DNA of 64,000 nt from an uncultured archaeon (lineage in GTDB: Archaea; Thermoplasmatota; Thermoplasmata; Thermoplasmatales; Thermoplasmataceae), in the NCBI GenBank assembly GCA_000965745.1, contig CP009479.1:1632001-1696000 (forward strand). Direction: 5' to 3'. Below are positions 19,729 through 30,031 of this stretch, piece after piece. Position 1 is the stretch's first letter; each line of letters starts with the position of its first letter. The notes under the pieces were generated by a model. That model searched no databases. It had not been told where the DNA came from and was given only the letters and a program-made list of their open reading frames with translations. The position numbers and the translations under genes are program-made.

Positions 19729-20499
19729 TTACTCTTTTGCAACATTCCATCTGGTGAGGTATTTCTCCAACTGCAGCAATGCAAGGTTAATAGCAATACT
19801 GATGAGCGCGACTGCCGATACCACCACGTATAATTTTATCGGTTGAATGGTGTTTGCAAAGTGAGCTGCTAGGTCCCCTACACCCGATGAGCCGGCCCAT
19901 TCCTCTGCAATCAAGACACCACCCAGCGTGAGGTTGAACGAGAGTCTGGCAGCACTGAGAATGCTCGGAAATACGTTTGGCAGCATGAGCTTCAGCTGGA
20001 GTTGAAGGGAACTGGCACCGAGTGATCTTGAGAGCCTTACGAGATTGGGGTCTACGTTGCTTACAGTATACATCGTAGTTATGAGTACGGGAAACATTCC
20101 GCTGATGAACCCGAAAAAGAACTCATAGCTGAAACCGTATCCAAGCAGGACAGAGAACAGTGTCACGAACATTACCCTCGGGATCGAATTAGCAAGGACA
20201 AGGTAAGGCTCCAGAACCTTTCTCAGATACAGGACCTCTCCTATTATCATACCCAGGGCGGCACCTGCCGCTACCGTACTTACAAACGCTGAAAGCACTA
20301 TCCCCAGGGAATATATGATCTGCGAGTAAATGGAGGGCGTGCCAATAATCGATGCGAAGTGCGTCACAGTATCAATTGGGGAACTGAGCAGTGGGTGAGG
20401 TACTATATTGGCTGAGTAAATGTACTGCCATATAGAAAAGAAGATTGCGAAAGCAAGTATTTGAAGGCCTACGATAATGGCGGTTTTCCTAATGAGCAT
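19729..20499 (-). CDS. NitT/TauT-family ABC transporter permease
   Basis: Six TM segments; EAA-like loop LSRSLGAS; LIAEEWAGSSGVG. Confidence 0.9.
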   Translation of the reverse strand: MLIRKTAIIVGLQILAFAIFFSIWQYIYSANIVPHPLLSSPIDTVTHFASIIGTPSIYSQIIYSLGIVLSAFVSTVAAGAALGMIIGEVLYLRKVLEPYLVLANSIPRVMFVTLFSVLLGYGFSYEFFFGFISGMFPVLITTMYTVSNVDPNLVRLSRSLGASSLQLQLKLMLPNVFPSILSAARLSFNLTLGGVLIAEEWAGSSGVGDLAAHFANTIQPIKLYVVVSAVALISIAINLALLQLEKYLTRWNVAKE

Positions 20500-21271
20500 A
20501 TGGCATCACCAACCTCTCAATTATGGCCAAAGCTACCAGTATCCCAGCGACTATCAATACCAATATGATTATTACCGAAAACATGAGTCCAGGGTCAAAA
20601 CTTCCAGAACTTATGCTTATCACACTTCCCAGACCATTCTCTGAAGCGATCACCTCGGCAAAAATAACGCCGATGATGGAAAAGACGAGAGAGATCCTTA
20701 TGCCAGCAAGTATGGCGCCAGCCGATGATGGTATCATGACTTTCGAAAATATCTGTGCGTTCGAAGCACCATAAGACTGCGCCAGCCTGATGTATGACTG
20801 CTTGGTCCTTCGTATGCCCGAAGAGACAATTATGATCGAAGGAAAAATTGCAAGAAATATTGCAATCGCTATCCTTGATGCTGGGTCAATCCCTAGTGTC
20901 AGGTACATAACAGGGTAGAGTATTGGCCCTGGTATTGAATAGAGCACATACACTATGGGTTCGTAAGCCTGGCCGATGAGCTTGAAGTAACCGATGGCCA
21001 TACCGACAAATATCCCCAGGCTCGAGGCAATTGCAAATGCGACGAGTATCTCGAAGAGGGTAAGCTTGAACGGAACTATGATTCCGTGAGGATAATTCGG
21101 ATAGCTGCTTGGTGCCCCGAAATATGGCAGGAAAAGTCTGTGAAAAGAGAGAACCGTCTGGGTGAATCCTGTGAATACGAAGGGATTATCGTACAGGATG
21201 TGTGCCAGCTGCCATCCTAATGCAAATACAATGGGCACAGCTATTAAGCCGATGAGAACCTTAAGCTTCAT
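20489..21271 (-). CDS. NitT/TauT-family ABC transporter permease
   Basis: LAQSYGAS...KVMIPSS; IFAEVIASENGLG. Confidence 0.9.
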   Translation of the reverse strand: MKLKVLIGLIAVPIVFALGWQLAHILYDNPFVFTGFTQTVLSFHRLFLPYFGAPSSYPNYPHGIIVPFKLTLFEILVAFAIASSLGIFVGMAIGYFKLIGQAYEPIVYVLYSIPGPILYPVMYLTLGIDPASRIAIAIFLAIFPSIIIVSSGIRRTKQSYIRLAQSYGASNAQIFSKVMIPSSAGAILAGIRISLVFSIIGVIFAEVIASENGLGSVISISSGSFDPGLMFSVIIILVLIVAGILVALAIIERLVMPYAH

Positions 21272-22058
21272 TGCTTAGCGTCCCCTCTCCGCCCAAATCT
21301 GTCATTTTTGCGGACATGTATGACCACAGCTGTCGCCTTATTTCAACCAGCCCCGGATCATCGGGATTTCTTGGTTTTTTCACATCAATGTTGATTTCTG
21401 CCTTCACCGCAGCCGGTTTGCCGGAAAGCACTATAATCTTGTCGGCAAGATAAGTAGCCTCTATGAGGCTATGGGTCACAAACAGAATGGTCTTGCCTGT
21501 TTCTTTCTGAATCCTGACCAACTCATCCCCAAGGGCAAATCTGCTCTGTTCGTCAAGTGCCCCGAAAGGCTCATCCATCACCAGGATTTTCGGATCAAGT
21601 GTCAAGGCTCTCGCCACGCTTACCCTCTGCTGCATTCCTCCGGAAAGCTGCGAAGGAAAATAATTCCTGAACTTGGCAATGCCAGTCAGTTCAAGATATT
21701 TCATTGCAACTTCCTCTCTTTTGGATTCCTCGACTCCCTTGAGTTCGAGTCCAAACTCGACGTTTTGAATGGCTGTTCTCCAAGGGAAAAGGCTTGCGTC
21801 CTGGAAGACCATAGTCAGGACATCCGGTTGAGGTCCGGTAACCGATTCACCAACAAGCGTGATCTCACCTTCATCAGGTTTCTTCAGGCCGCCAACAAGG
21901 TCAAGGAACGTAGATTTTCCTATACCGCTTGGTCCAACAATTGTTACGAACTTGCCCTCTTCCACACTGACAGACAGGTTCTGTAGAACGTGATTTGTTG
22001 ATCCGTCTGGAGCTTTGAACGATTTAGAGACGTTTTTAACTTCGAGTATTATAGACAC
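21261..22058 (-). CDS. NitT/TauT-family ABC transporter ATP-binding protein
   Basis: GPSGIGKST, VFQDASLFPW, LSGGMQQR, MDEPFGALD, FVTHS. Confidence 0.95.
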   Translation of the reverse strand: MSIILEVKNVSKSFKAPDGSTNHVLQNLSVSVEEGKFVTIVGPSGIGKSTFLDLVGGLKKPDEGEITLVGESVTGPQPDVLTMVFQDASLFPWRTAIQNVEFGLELKGVEESKREEVAMKYLELTGIAKFRNYFPSQLSGGMQQRVSVARALTLDPKILVMDEPFGALDEQSRFALGDELVRIQKETGKTILFVTHSLIEATYLADKIIVLSGKPAAVKAEINIDVKKPRNPDDPGLVEIRRQLWSYMSAKMTDLGGEGTLSNEA

Positions 22059-22164
22059 TTAACTTCCACATCCTTTGAATATTTTAATAAAAAAAGGTAT
22101 TAATAATTGTTTGGGTCAAAACATCGTTGGACAGCGACCCAGTACTTTCTGATAATAATTATTA

Positions 22165-23465
22165 GGTTCATCCTAGAATTGTGTGGGTATTTTTATCCTT
22201 CTTTTCATTATATTTCCCATGCAGGATGCTGAACAGTTGTACTCCGAGCTCTTAGGGCTCAAGAACCCTTGGAGGGTGAGAGTGTTTCACTTGATTCAAA
22301 TGACAAGGTTGTTGAAGTCTTCATAGCACACGACAGGGGAGCTAAGCTCCCATGTCCCGAGTGCAGGAGGGAGTGCATGGTCTACGATCATCTGAGGGAA
22401 AGGGTCTGGAGGGATCTTGACAGCATAGGGTTCAAGACATTCATTCATGCCAGATCACCAAGGATACAGTGTCCGGAGCATGGCATAAGAGAGGCGGTCA
22501 TGCCCCTCTCCGAGAAGAGATCAAGGTTCACTCTCAGATTCGAATCAAGATCCATAAGGATGCTCCAGAACATGGATGTTGAGAATTTCACCCGGGTAAT
22601 GGACATTTCCTGGAGCCGGGCATGGAACATCATCGATCATGCGGTTAAGAGAGGACTGTCAAGGAAAACATCAAGGCCAAGGATCATAGGCGTTGATGAC
22701 AAATCGTACAGGAAGGGGCACAAGTACATCACGCTGGTGATGGACATGGAGAACAGCGGTGTTGAGTTCATCTCCATGGACAGGAGGAAATCATCACTCG
22801 ATGAGTATTACAAAACGATGAGTGATGATGAATTATCTCGCATAGATGCGGTATCAATGGACATGTGGGATCCGTACATATCATCCACGCTTGAGCATGT
22901 ACCACAGGCTCATTCAAAGATCGTCTTCGACAGGTTTCATGTCATGCGCCATGTGAATGAAGCGGTTGATGCGGTGAGGAAGGAGGAGAATCGTGAACTG
23001 GTGAAGAAGGGTATCATGGACCTCAAAGGATCAAGGTACATATGGCTCTATTCCGGCGATCGCCTTCCCGAAAGGTACAGGGAGCGGTACAATGAGCTAA
23101 GGAATTCAGATCTAAGGACGGGCAAGGCGTACTCCATGAAGGAGAACATAAGGAACCTGTGGAATCTCCCCTCAATGGAGGATGCAATGGATTACTGGAA
23201 GAGATGGCACTCCTGGATCGTGCACTCCTCGATTGATGCAATGAAGAAGGTGGCGAAGATGATGCGAATGCACATCGACAAGATACTGAACTATTTCATC
23301 CACAGGATAACAAACGCAAAGGCAGAGGGAATCAATTCAAAGATCGCGCTGATAGAGAAGATGGCGTATGGATTCAGGAACAGAGGCCATCTCAAGACAG
23401 CAATATATTTCAAATGCGGAAATCTGGAGCTTTATCCATGAGCCCACACAAAACTAGGAAGAACC
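22165..23465 (+). mobile_element. ISL3-family insertion sequence (1301 bp)
   Basis: IRs GGTTCATCCTAGAATTGTGTGGG and CCCACACAAAACTAGGAAGAACC; 8-bp duplication AATTATTA at 22157-22164 and 23466-23473. Confidence 0.95.
22219..23441 (+). pseudogene. ISL3 transposase with a 1-bp frameshift near 22278
   Basis: MQDAEQLYSELLGLKNPWRV from ATG 22219 continues as ESVSLD in the -1 frame; CPEC, CPEHG, IGVDD, VSMDMW, FDRFHV, TNAKAEGINSKI, AYGFRN. Confidence 0.85.
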
Positions 23466-23496
23466 AATTATTATAAGATATAAGTGATCGTATAGC

Positions 23497-24570
23497 ATGG
23501 CCCTTCAGAAAGATTCAGAAGTTTTCTTAAACCAGCTTGTCCACAAAGGATTCAACACGTACTACGTTTCAAACCAGGGGGGCGGAAAAGGCGGGGGAAC
23601 CTTTACGCGAAATCCCGCCCCCCTCTTCAGCCCCTACAGTTGGAAGTACACCGACGCGAGATCTTATCTTTACAAGCTTTCTGAATTCCTTTCCCACGAA
23701 GATTCTGAAAGAATAAACATCCAATATGAGCATCCCGACCTCAAGGACATCATTTCCGCTGCCACAAGCACCACGCAGAGAGCTGGCATCCAACTCGTGA
23801 AGAGTAAGGCCCATGGACCTGTCCACAGACATACGCCTAATTCATTCCGGGTGGTTCTGGAAGCTCCTGAGGAAGGTGCAATAAGCCGAATAGACGGGGT
23901 GAATCTGGAAATGCACCCGGGTGATGTAATCGGGAACACCAACTGGATCTGGCATGAGCACTTCAACCATGGGACTTCAGATCTAATATGGACATCTTTT
24001 CTGGATGCCATACTGGTTAAATGGATCGGAGGGGTTTTCTATGACCCACCGAAGACATTCAATGGGGACGTGAATTTTCCGGACATATCTCAGGAAGAAT
24101 ATGTAAGCGTGCTTGGCCGATCAACCCTTCCAGAGGAGCTTGGGACAAATCCCAATACTCCACTGCAGTTCTACAGATTCTCTGATGCCTGTAAATCGGT
24201 CAGTGCTCTCTCAAAATTGAAAAGGGGGAAGGAAAGGGTAGCGGTGGAATACAAGAACCCAACCACCGGCGGATCGATTTCGGCAAACCAGTCGCTCAAG
24301 CTAAACCTGATTCCAGGTGGATGCTTAACCCCCATGACAAGGAAAACAGAGAACATCATCTTCCTGAATTTTTCAGGTGAAACTACGCTGGAATTGGGTA
24401 ACGGTGAAGGAGAATTTGTTCTTGGCAAGTACGATGTCGCAGTATTGCCTTCATGGACCTCACACAGAGTGGTTAACAATTCATATTCTGATGAAGCTCT
24501 CTATTTTACAGCTTCTGACGCCCCGTTATTCAAAAATTGCGGCCTATATCGTGAAGAAATTGTCGGGTGA
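23497..24570 (+). CDS. Gentisate 1,2-dioxygenase-like cupin (paralogue 1)
   Basis: AGIQLV...VHRHTPNSFRVVLE, WIWHEHFN, VEYKNPTTGG, VLPSW, ASDAPL. Confidence 0.85.
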   Translation: MALQKDSEVFLNQLVHKGFNTYYVSNQGGGKGGGTFTRNPAPLFSPYSWKYTDARSYLYKLSEFLSHEDSERINIQYEHPDLKDIISAATSTTQRAGIQLVKSKAHGPVHRHTPNSFRVVLEAPEEGAISRIDGVNLEMHPGDVIGNTNWIWHEHFNHGTSDLIWTSFLDAILVKWIGGVFYDPPKTFNGDVNFPDISQEEYVSVLGRSTLPEELGTNPNTPLQFYRFSDACKSVSALSKLKRGKERVAVEYKNPTTGGSISANQSLKLNLIPGGCLTPMTRKTENIIFLNFSGETTLELGNGEGEFVLGKYDVAVLPSWTSHRVVNNSYSDEALYFTASDAPLFKNCGLYREEIVG

Positions 24571-24727
24571 GAACCCGGCCCATGTGATAGAATCTCTCTC
24601 GCGGATGTGGTATTTCAGCATATGGAGATAGGGATATGTTGATAAGCTCGAAGAATTAAAAATACAAAAGACATAAGTTTTAAATAATACCTTACTGATT
24701 GATTTTAAAACCCAAAGAGTTGATAAC

Positions 24728-25789
24728 ATGAATAAGACAACGACGATTGCAGTAGCGATTGTTGTTGCTGCTGTTGTCATAGCCGGCGGAATTGTTGGCT
24801 TTGGAACCATTACCAGTGGTAAGAGCAGCGGCAGTAACAACACGAACTACTTGTCTAAGACGAGTTTCAGCGTAGCCGATTTTGGAATTGATCACCCGGA
24901 CGCTGGAGCTTACGGATGGATGGCGGGCACTAGTCACACAAATACGAGCAACACGCTGCAGAAGTACGATCCCAATATAAAGGTCGTAGACCTGAAGGGT
25001 GGAAGTGGCGCAGTAGCATCAGCAATTGCGGCTGGAACAGTACAGATGGGAATGCTCTCCGCTGATGGTGCACTTCACGCAATAAACTCCAGTGTGCCGA
25101 TCAAGATAGTGGGAGTGTACAGAACGTCACCTATAGGTGATTTTGTGTATGTTTCGCCTAGCTCAACCTACAACAAGCTATCGGACCTATCGGGAAAGAA
25201 CGTTACTTTCGCAAACAGCAAGCCAGGAAGCCTGGATGTTCTCCTGAATGGAATAATTGCAGCAGACTACAAAGTGAACATAACACATGATTACGTAGGA
25301 TCACATGAGGCACAGCAGGCAGCAGTGCTTAATGGGAAGGCAACCGCATCCACAGGAGCGTATTTCGATGTATACAAGCTTGTTAAGAGCGGATACCTAA
25401 AGTCCATCGGCAATATAACAGAGAACTGGCCGGCCTTCGTGGTTGTTGCCAACACATCGTTCATACACAATCACCCCAACGCAGTGAAGGCAGCACTTAT
25501 GGGAATGGAATACGGAAACTACCTGTTCGACCAGAACGCAGGCAACTTTGCATACAACTTCCTGAAGTCATACTACAACTTCTCAGCAAGCGAAACTCAG
25601 TTCTTCATGAGCACAATGCACTATTCAACAAACGGAACAATATACCTCAAATCACTTAATGAAGAGCTTACGACCTTGCAGGCGGACAATATCATTTCAC
25701 CGAACCTCAAACTATCACAGCTTTACACAGACCAGTTTTCACAGGTAGTGAATACAACGTATCCGCCAGGAATAATAAGAGCAGCTTGA
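24728..25789 (+). CDS. ABC substrate-binding protein (SsuA/NMT1/THI5-like) with N-terminal membrane anchor
   Basis: N-terminal TM helix; GGSGAVASAIAAGTVQMG, LSDLSGK, SKPGSL; many N-x-S/T sequons. Confidence 0.85.
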   Translation: MNKTTTIAVAIVVAAVVIAGGIVGFGTITSGKSSGSNNTNYLSKTSFSVADFGIDHPDAGAYGWMAGTSHTNTSNTLQKYDPNIKVVDLKGGSGAVASAIAAGTVQMGMLSADGALHAINSSVPIKIVGVYRTSPIGDFVYVSPSSTYNKLSDLSGKNVTFANSKPGSLDVLLNGIIAADYKVNITHDYVGSHEAQQAAVLNGKATASTGAYFDVYKLVKSGYLKSIGNITENWPAFVVVANTSFIHNHPNAVKAALMGMEYGNYLFDQNAGNFAYNFLKSYYNFSASETQFFMSTMHYSTNGTIYLKSLNEELTTLQADNIISPNLKLSQLYTDQFSQVVNTTYPPGIIRAA

Positions 25790-25815
25790 GGATTTCATAA
25801 TCCTCAATTTTTTTT
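25786..25815 (+). terminator. Hairpin plus T-tract terminator
   Basis: TTGAGGATT-TCAT-AATCCTCAA followed by T8, between convergent genes. Confidence 0.65.
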
Positions 25816-25878
25816 AAAATGCATAGATTTGTTTACAATTTTAAAAATTGAAATAAAGAGATAAAAATTGAATTACTC

Positions 25879-28299
25879 TTATGCCCTGTTTATCAGGTTG
25901 CGTATCTTTTCAGGAGTGAGTGGCAGAGTAGACACCTTTGCGCCATATTCAGAAAGTGCGTCTTCAACTGCATTGCACATTGTGACCAGGGGTCCGAACG
26001 TTTCTCCTTCACCAATGCCCTTTATCCCTAGTGAAGAGCGAGGTGAAGGGGTAACCACATGATCATCCACGATGTTTGGTATCTCCATGGTGGTGGGTTT
26101 CAGATAGTTCGCGAATGATGATGCTATAAGCTGCCCGTCTTCGTCGTAAACGAAATCCTCCATCAAGGCCACGCCAATTCCGTGGGCGACCCCGCCGTGT
26201 AATTGCCCCTGCACTATCTGTGGGTTTATTACATTCCCGATGTCGTGAACAACGAAGTACTTCAGAATGCTGATGATCCCTGTTTCTCTGTCAACTTCTA
26301 TCAATGCAACGTGTGCGGAGTTGGGGTACGTCATATATCCTGTTGGCGAGCCTGATCCGGTCACAAGCTGGTGAGTGGCACCTGTTTCTATCTCTTTAGT
26401 CGCATCAAAGGCCTTGACAGCAGACTCGTTGTTCCCAATCCATGTTACCTCAAGGCCGGGGTCTATTTTGCCGGGTACAAGATAGGGATTCTGGTACGTT
26501 GCCTTTGCAATGTCCTGTATTGTTACCTTGTTTTCCGGGTTGGTCTTCGAGAATGCCACACTCTCGGATACCTCAATATCCTCGGGACCGGTTTTCAACA
26601 TCGCAGCGGCATTCGTAACAACTTTTTGCCTCAGCAGCTTTGCTGCCATCACTGCTGCCTCCACGTCAGGCCCGGAGAATTTGTTTGCATGTGTCCCTGA
26701 GAATGGCGTCCAAGGGCTGTAGTACGAGTCAAACGGATGCACCCTAATGTCATCCGGCTTCATTCCAACAATATCAGAAACTATCTGCACAAATGCGGTA
26801 GAGTGTGAGGTTCCCATATCCGGAGAGCCAGATCTCACGGATGCTGTCCCCCTGGGGTCTATGTTTATGGTAATGCCCTCGATCTCCCTTGCCGTTGCAG
26901 ATGCACCATGTATATATGTCGTGATGCCAATTCCAACCAGCCTTCCCTGCTCCTTAAGCCTGTCCCGTTCCTTTTTCATCTCTTCGTAACCAGAGACTTC
27001 CAGAGCTTTTTTGAGGACGGCCGGGTAATTCCCTGAATCATATATCCTCCCACTTGGTGTTACATATGGAAACTCATCGGGTTGGATGAAATTCCTGAAC
27101 CGTATTTCTGCAGGATCCATCTTCAATTCCTGTGCGACAGTCTCGATCATTCTTTCCACAATGTATACAATTCCAGGTTTGCCGACACCCCTGTTGGGCA
27201 TAGACGGGCATTCATTGGTAAGAACTGTATATGAATCCCACTCAATGTTATTTATTTTGTAGCATCCGCTTATGAGTGTGGCGTGCATTGAAGCATAAGT
27301 TCCAGCATAAGTGAGGGATGCACCGTCATTGTTTATGTCCCTGAACCTGAACGCAAGGATTTTTCCGTCCTTCTTTGCTGCAACTTCTATATCTGCCATA
27401 AGTCCGGCTGTCTGGCCTCCGGATGAAAGATGCTCCGTTCTGTCTTCGAGGTACTTTACATTCATACCGGGCAGCTTCATTGCCAGAATAGTTGCTATTG
27501 AGAGTTGCCTCCAAGGCCTGGTCTTCAGTCCAAAGCCACCTCCTATATCATTGATTATCAGGTGCACGCTGTTAGATGGAATCCCGAAAATCTTCGAAAT
27601 AGTCATCATCACGTGGCCCGGCATCTGGGCATTAGATTTCAGTGTAAGCTCTCCGGAAATGTCATCGTATGTGGCGATAACAGAGACTGATTCAAGCGGT
27701 GTTGAACTGTATCTCTGAAGGCCCACCCTCTTTTTTAACACGACATCCGCCTGCTTGAAGGCACCTTCCACGTCGCCCCACTTACCATGGTTATGGCCCA
27801 CAACGTTCGTTCCAAATGAGTCATAGACTAGCGGAGAATCCTTTGACATAGCACTTTCAGGGTCCACTACAGGTTTTAGAGGCTCATATTCGACGTCTAT
27901 CAATTCAAGAGCATCTTCCGCCAGTTCAGGAGAGATGGCTGCAACTGCCGCTACTGGCTCTCCCATGTACCTGACCTTCTTGGTTGCAAGACAGTATTCT
28001 TCGGACGGGAACTTTGATATGGCATAGGGAGGCAGTGGCTGGGAATATTTCAGAGCATCATCGCCTGTTGCAACTTCTATTACCCCTTCCATCTTCCGGA
28101 CCCGCGAAACATCCACCTTCAGTAATCTGGCATGTGCGTACGGGCTCCTCAGGATTGCCACGAATACGGTGTCCGCCACCCTCAAGTCTTCCACAAAGTT
28201 GGTGTTTCCCGTCAACAGTCTCTTGTCCTCTACCCTTCTAAGTGACGTGCCTATGTAATTTCTTCTTTCTTCCTGGGTTACCTGGATCTGTTCTACCAT
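25879..28299 (-). CDS. Xanthine oxidase-family molybdenum hydroxylase, large subunit
   Basis: RVEDKRLLTG, LRSPYAHA, DIGGGFGLK, PNRGVG, YDSGNY, INPQIVQGQLHGG, GIKGIGE. Confidence 0.93.
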   Translation of the reverse strand: MVEQIQVTQEERRNYIGTSLRRVEDKRLLTGNTNFVEDLRVADTVFVAILRSPYAHARLLKVDVSRVRKMEGVIEVATGDDALKYSQPLPPYAISKFPSEEYCLATKKVRYMGEPVAAVAAISPELAEDALELIDVEYEPLKPVVDPESAMSKDSPLVYDSFGTNVVGHNHGKWGDVEGAFKQADVVLKKRVGLQRYSSTPLESVSVIATYDDISGELTLKSNAQMPGHVMMTISKIFGIPSNSVHLIINDIGGGFGLKTRPWRQLSIATILAMKLPGMNVKYLEDRTEHLSSGGQTAGLMADIEVAAKKDGKILAFRFRDINNDGASLTYAGTYASMHATLISGCYKINNIEWDSYTVLTNECPSMPNRGVGKPGIVYIVERMIETVAQELKMDPAEIRFRNFIQPDEFPYVTPSGRIYDSGNYPAVLKKALEVSGYEEMKKERDRLKEQGRLVGIGITTYIHGASATAREIEGITINIDPRGTASVRSGSPDMGTSHSTAFVQIVSDIVGMKPDDIRVHPFDSYYSPWTPFSGTHANKFSGPDVEAAVMAAKLLRQKVVTNAAAMLKTGPEDIEVSESVAFSKTNPENKVTIQDIAKATYQNPYLVPGKIDPGLEVTWIGNNESAVKAFDATKEIETGATHQLVTGSGSPTGYMTYPNSAHVALIEVDRETGIISILKYFVVHDIGNVINPQIVQGQLHGGVAHGIGVALMEDFVYDEDGQLIASSFANYLKPTTMEIPNIVDDHVVTPSPRSSLGIKGIGEGETFGPLVTMCNAVEDALSEYGAKVSTLPLTPEKIRNLINRA

Positions 28300-28301
28300 A
28301 A

Positions 28302-28856
28302 TTATGAACCTCCTGAATTTTTATTGTTCCTGTTTCCTGCTTCACTTCCGAAATTCGATGAGCTTGCCTCTTTAACTGCCTTGATTATGTTGAGGTACCC
28401 TGTGCACATGCAGAGATTTCCTGCCAGCCCTTTCCTTATCTCTTCTTCGGACGGGTGTGGGTTCTTTCCCAACAGATAAAGGGAAGACATCAGGAATCCA
28501 GGGGTGCAATAGCCGCATTGCAATGCATGGTTTCTGGCAAAGGATTCCTGCAGAGCGCTAAGATTGCCGTTGGAACTTATCCCTTCAACGGTGGTGACCT
28601 TTGTTCCATTCGCCCTCGCAGCGAGAACAGTGCAGGACTTGACGGATTTTCCGTCCATGAGGACCGTGCATGCTCCGCAGTTTGTCGTGTCACACCCTAC
28701 ATGTATGCCCTTGACGCCCAGATGGTCCCTCAAAAAGAAAGCGAGGAGAGACCTCGGCTCAACGTCAGCCTCTACCGGTACACCATTAAGCTCAAATTCC
28801 AGGTCGATTTTCTGTACACTCACTTCTTTCCTCTTTTTCCTTTGGGAAGAGATCAT
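28302..28856 (-). CDS. Molybdenum hydroxylase 2x[2Fe-2S] subunit
   Basis: GCDTTNCGACTV...KSC; QCGYCTPG...GNLCMCTGY. Confidence 0.95.
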   Translation of the reverse strand: MISSQRKKRKEVSVQKIDLEFELNGVPVEADVEPRSLLAFFLRDHLGVKGIHVGCDTTNCGACTVLMDGKSVKSCTVLAARANGTKVTTVEGISSNGNLSALQESFARNHALQCGYCTPGFLMSSLYLLGKNPHPSEEEIRKGLAGNLCMCTGYLNIIKAVKEASSSNFGSEAGNRNNKNSGGS

Positions 28857-29734
28857 TTCGTACCACCCCTTAACCTGTTCATTGCCTCAAGAAGAGCTCT
28901 CTTAACGTATTCGCTGCCCACCTCTTTCTTATATTCAGCACTCCCTCTGATTGCATCATCGAGTGGGTCCATATCGTCTCTTGAAGATTCAGCGGCGTCT
29001 GCTATGCTTTCTGGCGTGAGTTCCTTTCCGATAAGTGCCTTCTCGGCACTCTCTGACCTAATATTCGTCATTCCGAGTGAAGTCAACCCGATGCCCACAT
29101 ATTTGCATACATCCTGTTCATCAACTTTTAGCTGAACGGCTGCACCAAGAACAGCAAAATCCCCTGCCCGCCTTTCAAGTTTTGCATAAGTGCCGGAACT
29201 CCTTTCCCCGTAAACTGGAATAGTAACAGAAGATAGAATTTCGTCTTCTCCCAGGGCGGGCGTAAAACTGTCAACGAAGAAATCATCAGCCCTGATTTCC
29301 CTGCTTCCGTCCGAGCTCGACACTTGAACGGTACCTCTCATCGCTATCAACGCTGATCCCCAGTCACCTGAAGGGTCTGCGTGGCAAAGTCCACCTCCTA
29401 TGGTTCCCATGTTCCTGACCTGTTCGTCGCCTATATGGGAAGCAGTCTCTGACATCAGAAATGCTTTCTTCCGTATCAGGCCAGAAGCTTCAACTTCCCC
29501 GTGAGTAGCCAGTGCTCCAATTCTGATATGGCCCTTCTCTTCGGATATGTCGGCCAGCCCTTTTATGCCTGAAATGTCCACAATATGCTCAAACCTTGTC
29601 AGCCTTAGCTTGAGCACCGGTATGAGGCTCATACCGCCAGCCAGTACTTTCGACTCACCTGAATGCTTGCGAAGCAATTCAGATGCTTCCCCAATATTCT
29701 TGGGCGTGTAATATTGAAATTGTGCCGGATACAT
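28853..29734 (-). CDS. Molybdenum hydroxylase FAD-binding subunit
   Basis: MYPAQFQYYTP, LAGGMSLIP, VRNMGTIGG, ADPSGD, RRAGDFA. Confidence 0.95.
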   Translation of the reverse strand: MYPAQFQYYTPKNIGEASELLRKHSGESKVLAGGMSLIPVLKLRLTRFEHIVDISGIKGLADISEEKGHIRIGALATHGEVEASGLIRKKAFLMSETASHIGDEQVRNMGTIGGGLCHADPSGDWGSALIAMRGTVQVSSSDGSREIRADDFFVDSFTPALGEDEILSSVTIPVYGERSSGTYAKLERRAGDFAVLGAAVQLKVDEQDVCKYVGIGLTSLGMTNIRSESAEKALIGKELTPESIADAAESSRDDMDPLDDAIRGSAEYKKEVGSEYVKRALLEAMNRLRGGTK

Positions 29735-30031
29735 ATATTACATCACTCAAAGGGTATGTAGCAAGTGATTAATATTATTATCGACCCATACCGCATTAGA
29801 AAGAGTTTTATAAACAAAACTGTGGAAATAACCCCGAAAATTGGCCATAAGTGTAGCACACCCCGGACTCTGTCGCCTAATTCTCGTTTTTTCCAAAACA
29901 TGATGTGCTTTTGCCATTGAGCCGGCAAATACTGGCGTGCTAACTAATCCCGTATGGAGATAGCTATTAATTGATATAAAGAGTGCGCAATTTTAGAGAG
30001 AATAAATTTAATAACAAGTGCATATAGGTTT

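Noticed and set aside
25879-29734. Aerobic CO dehydrogenase (coxMSL)
   Set aside because: The AYxCSFR copper-binding loop and cox accessory genes are absent.
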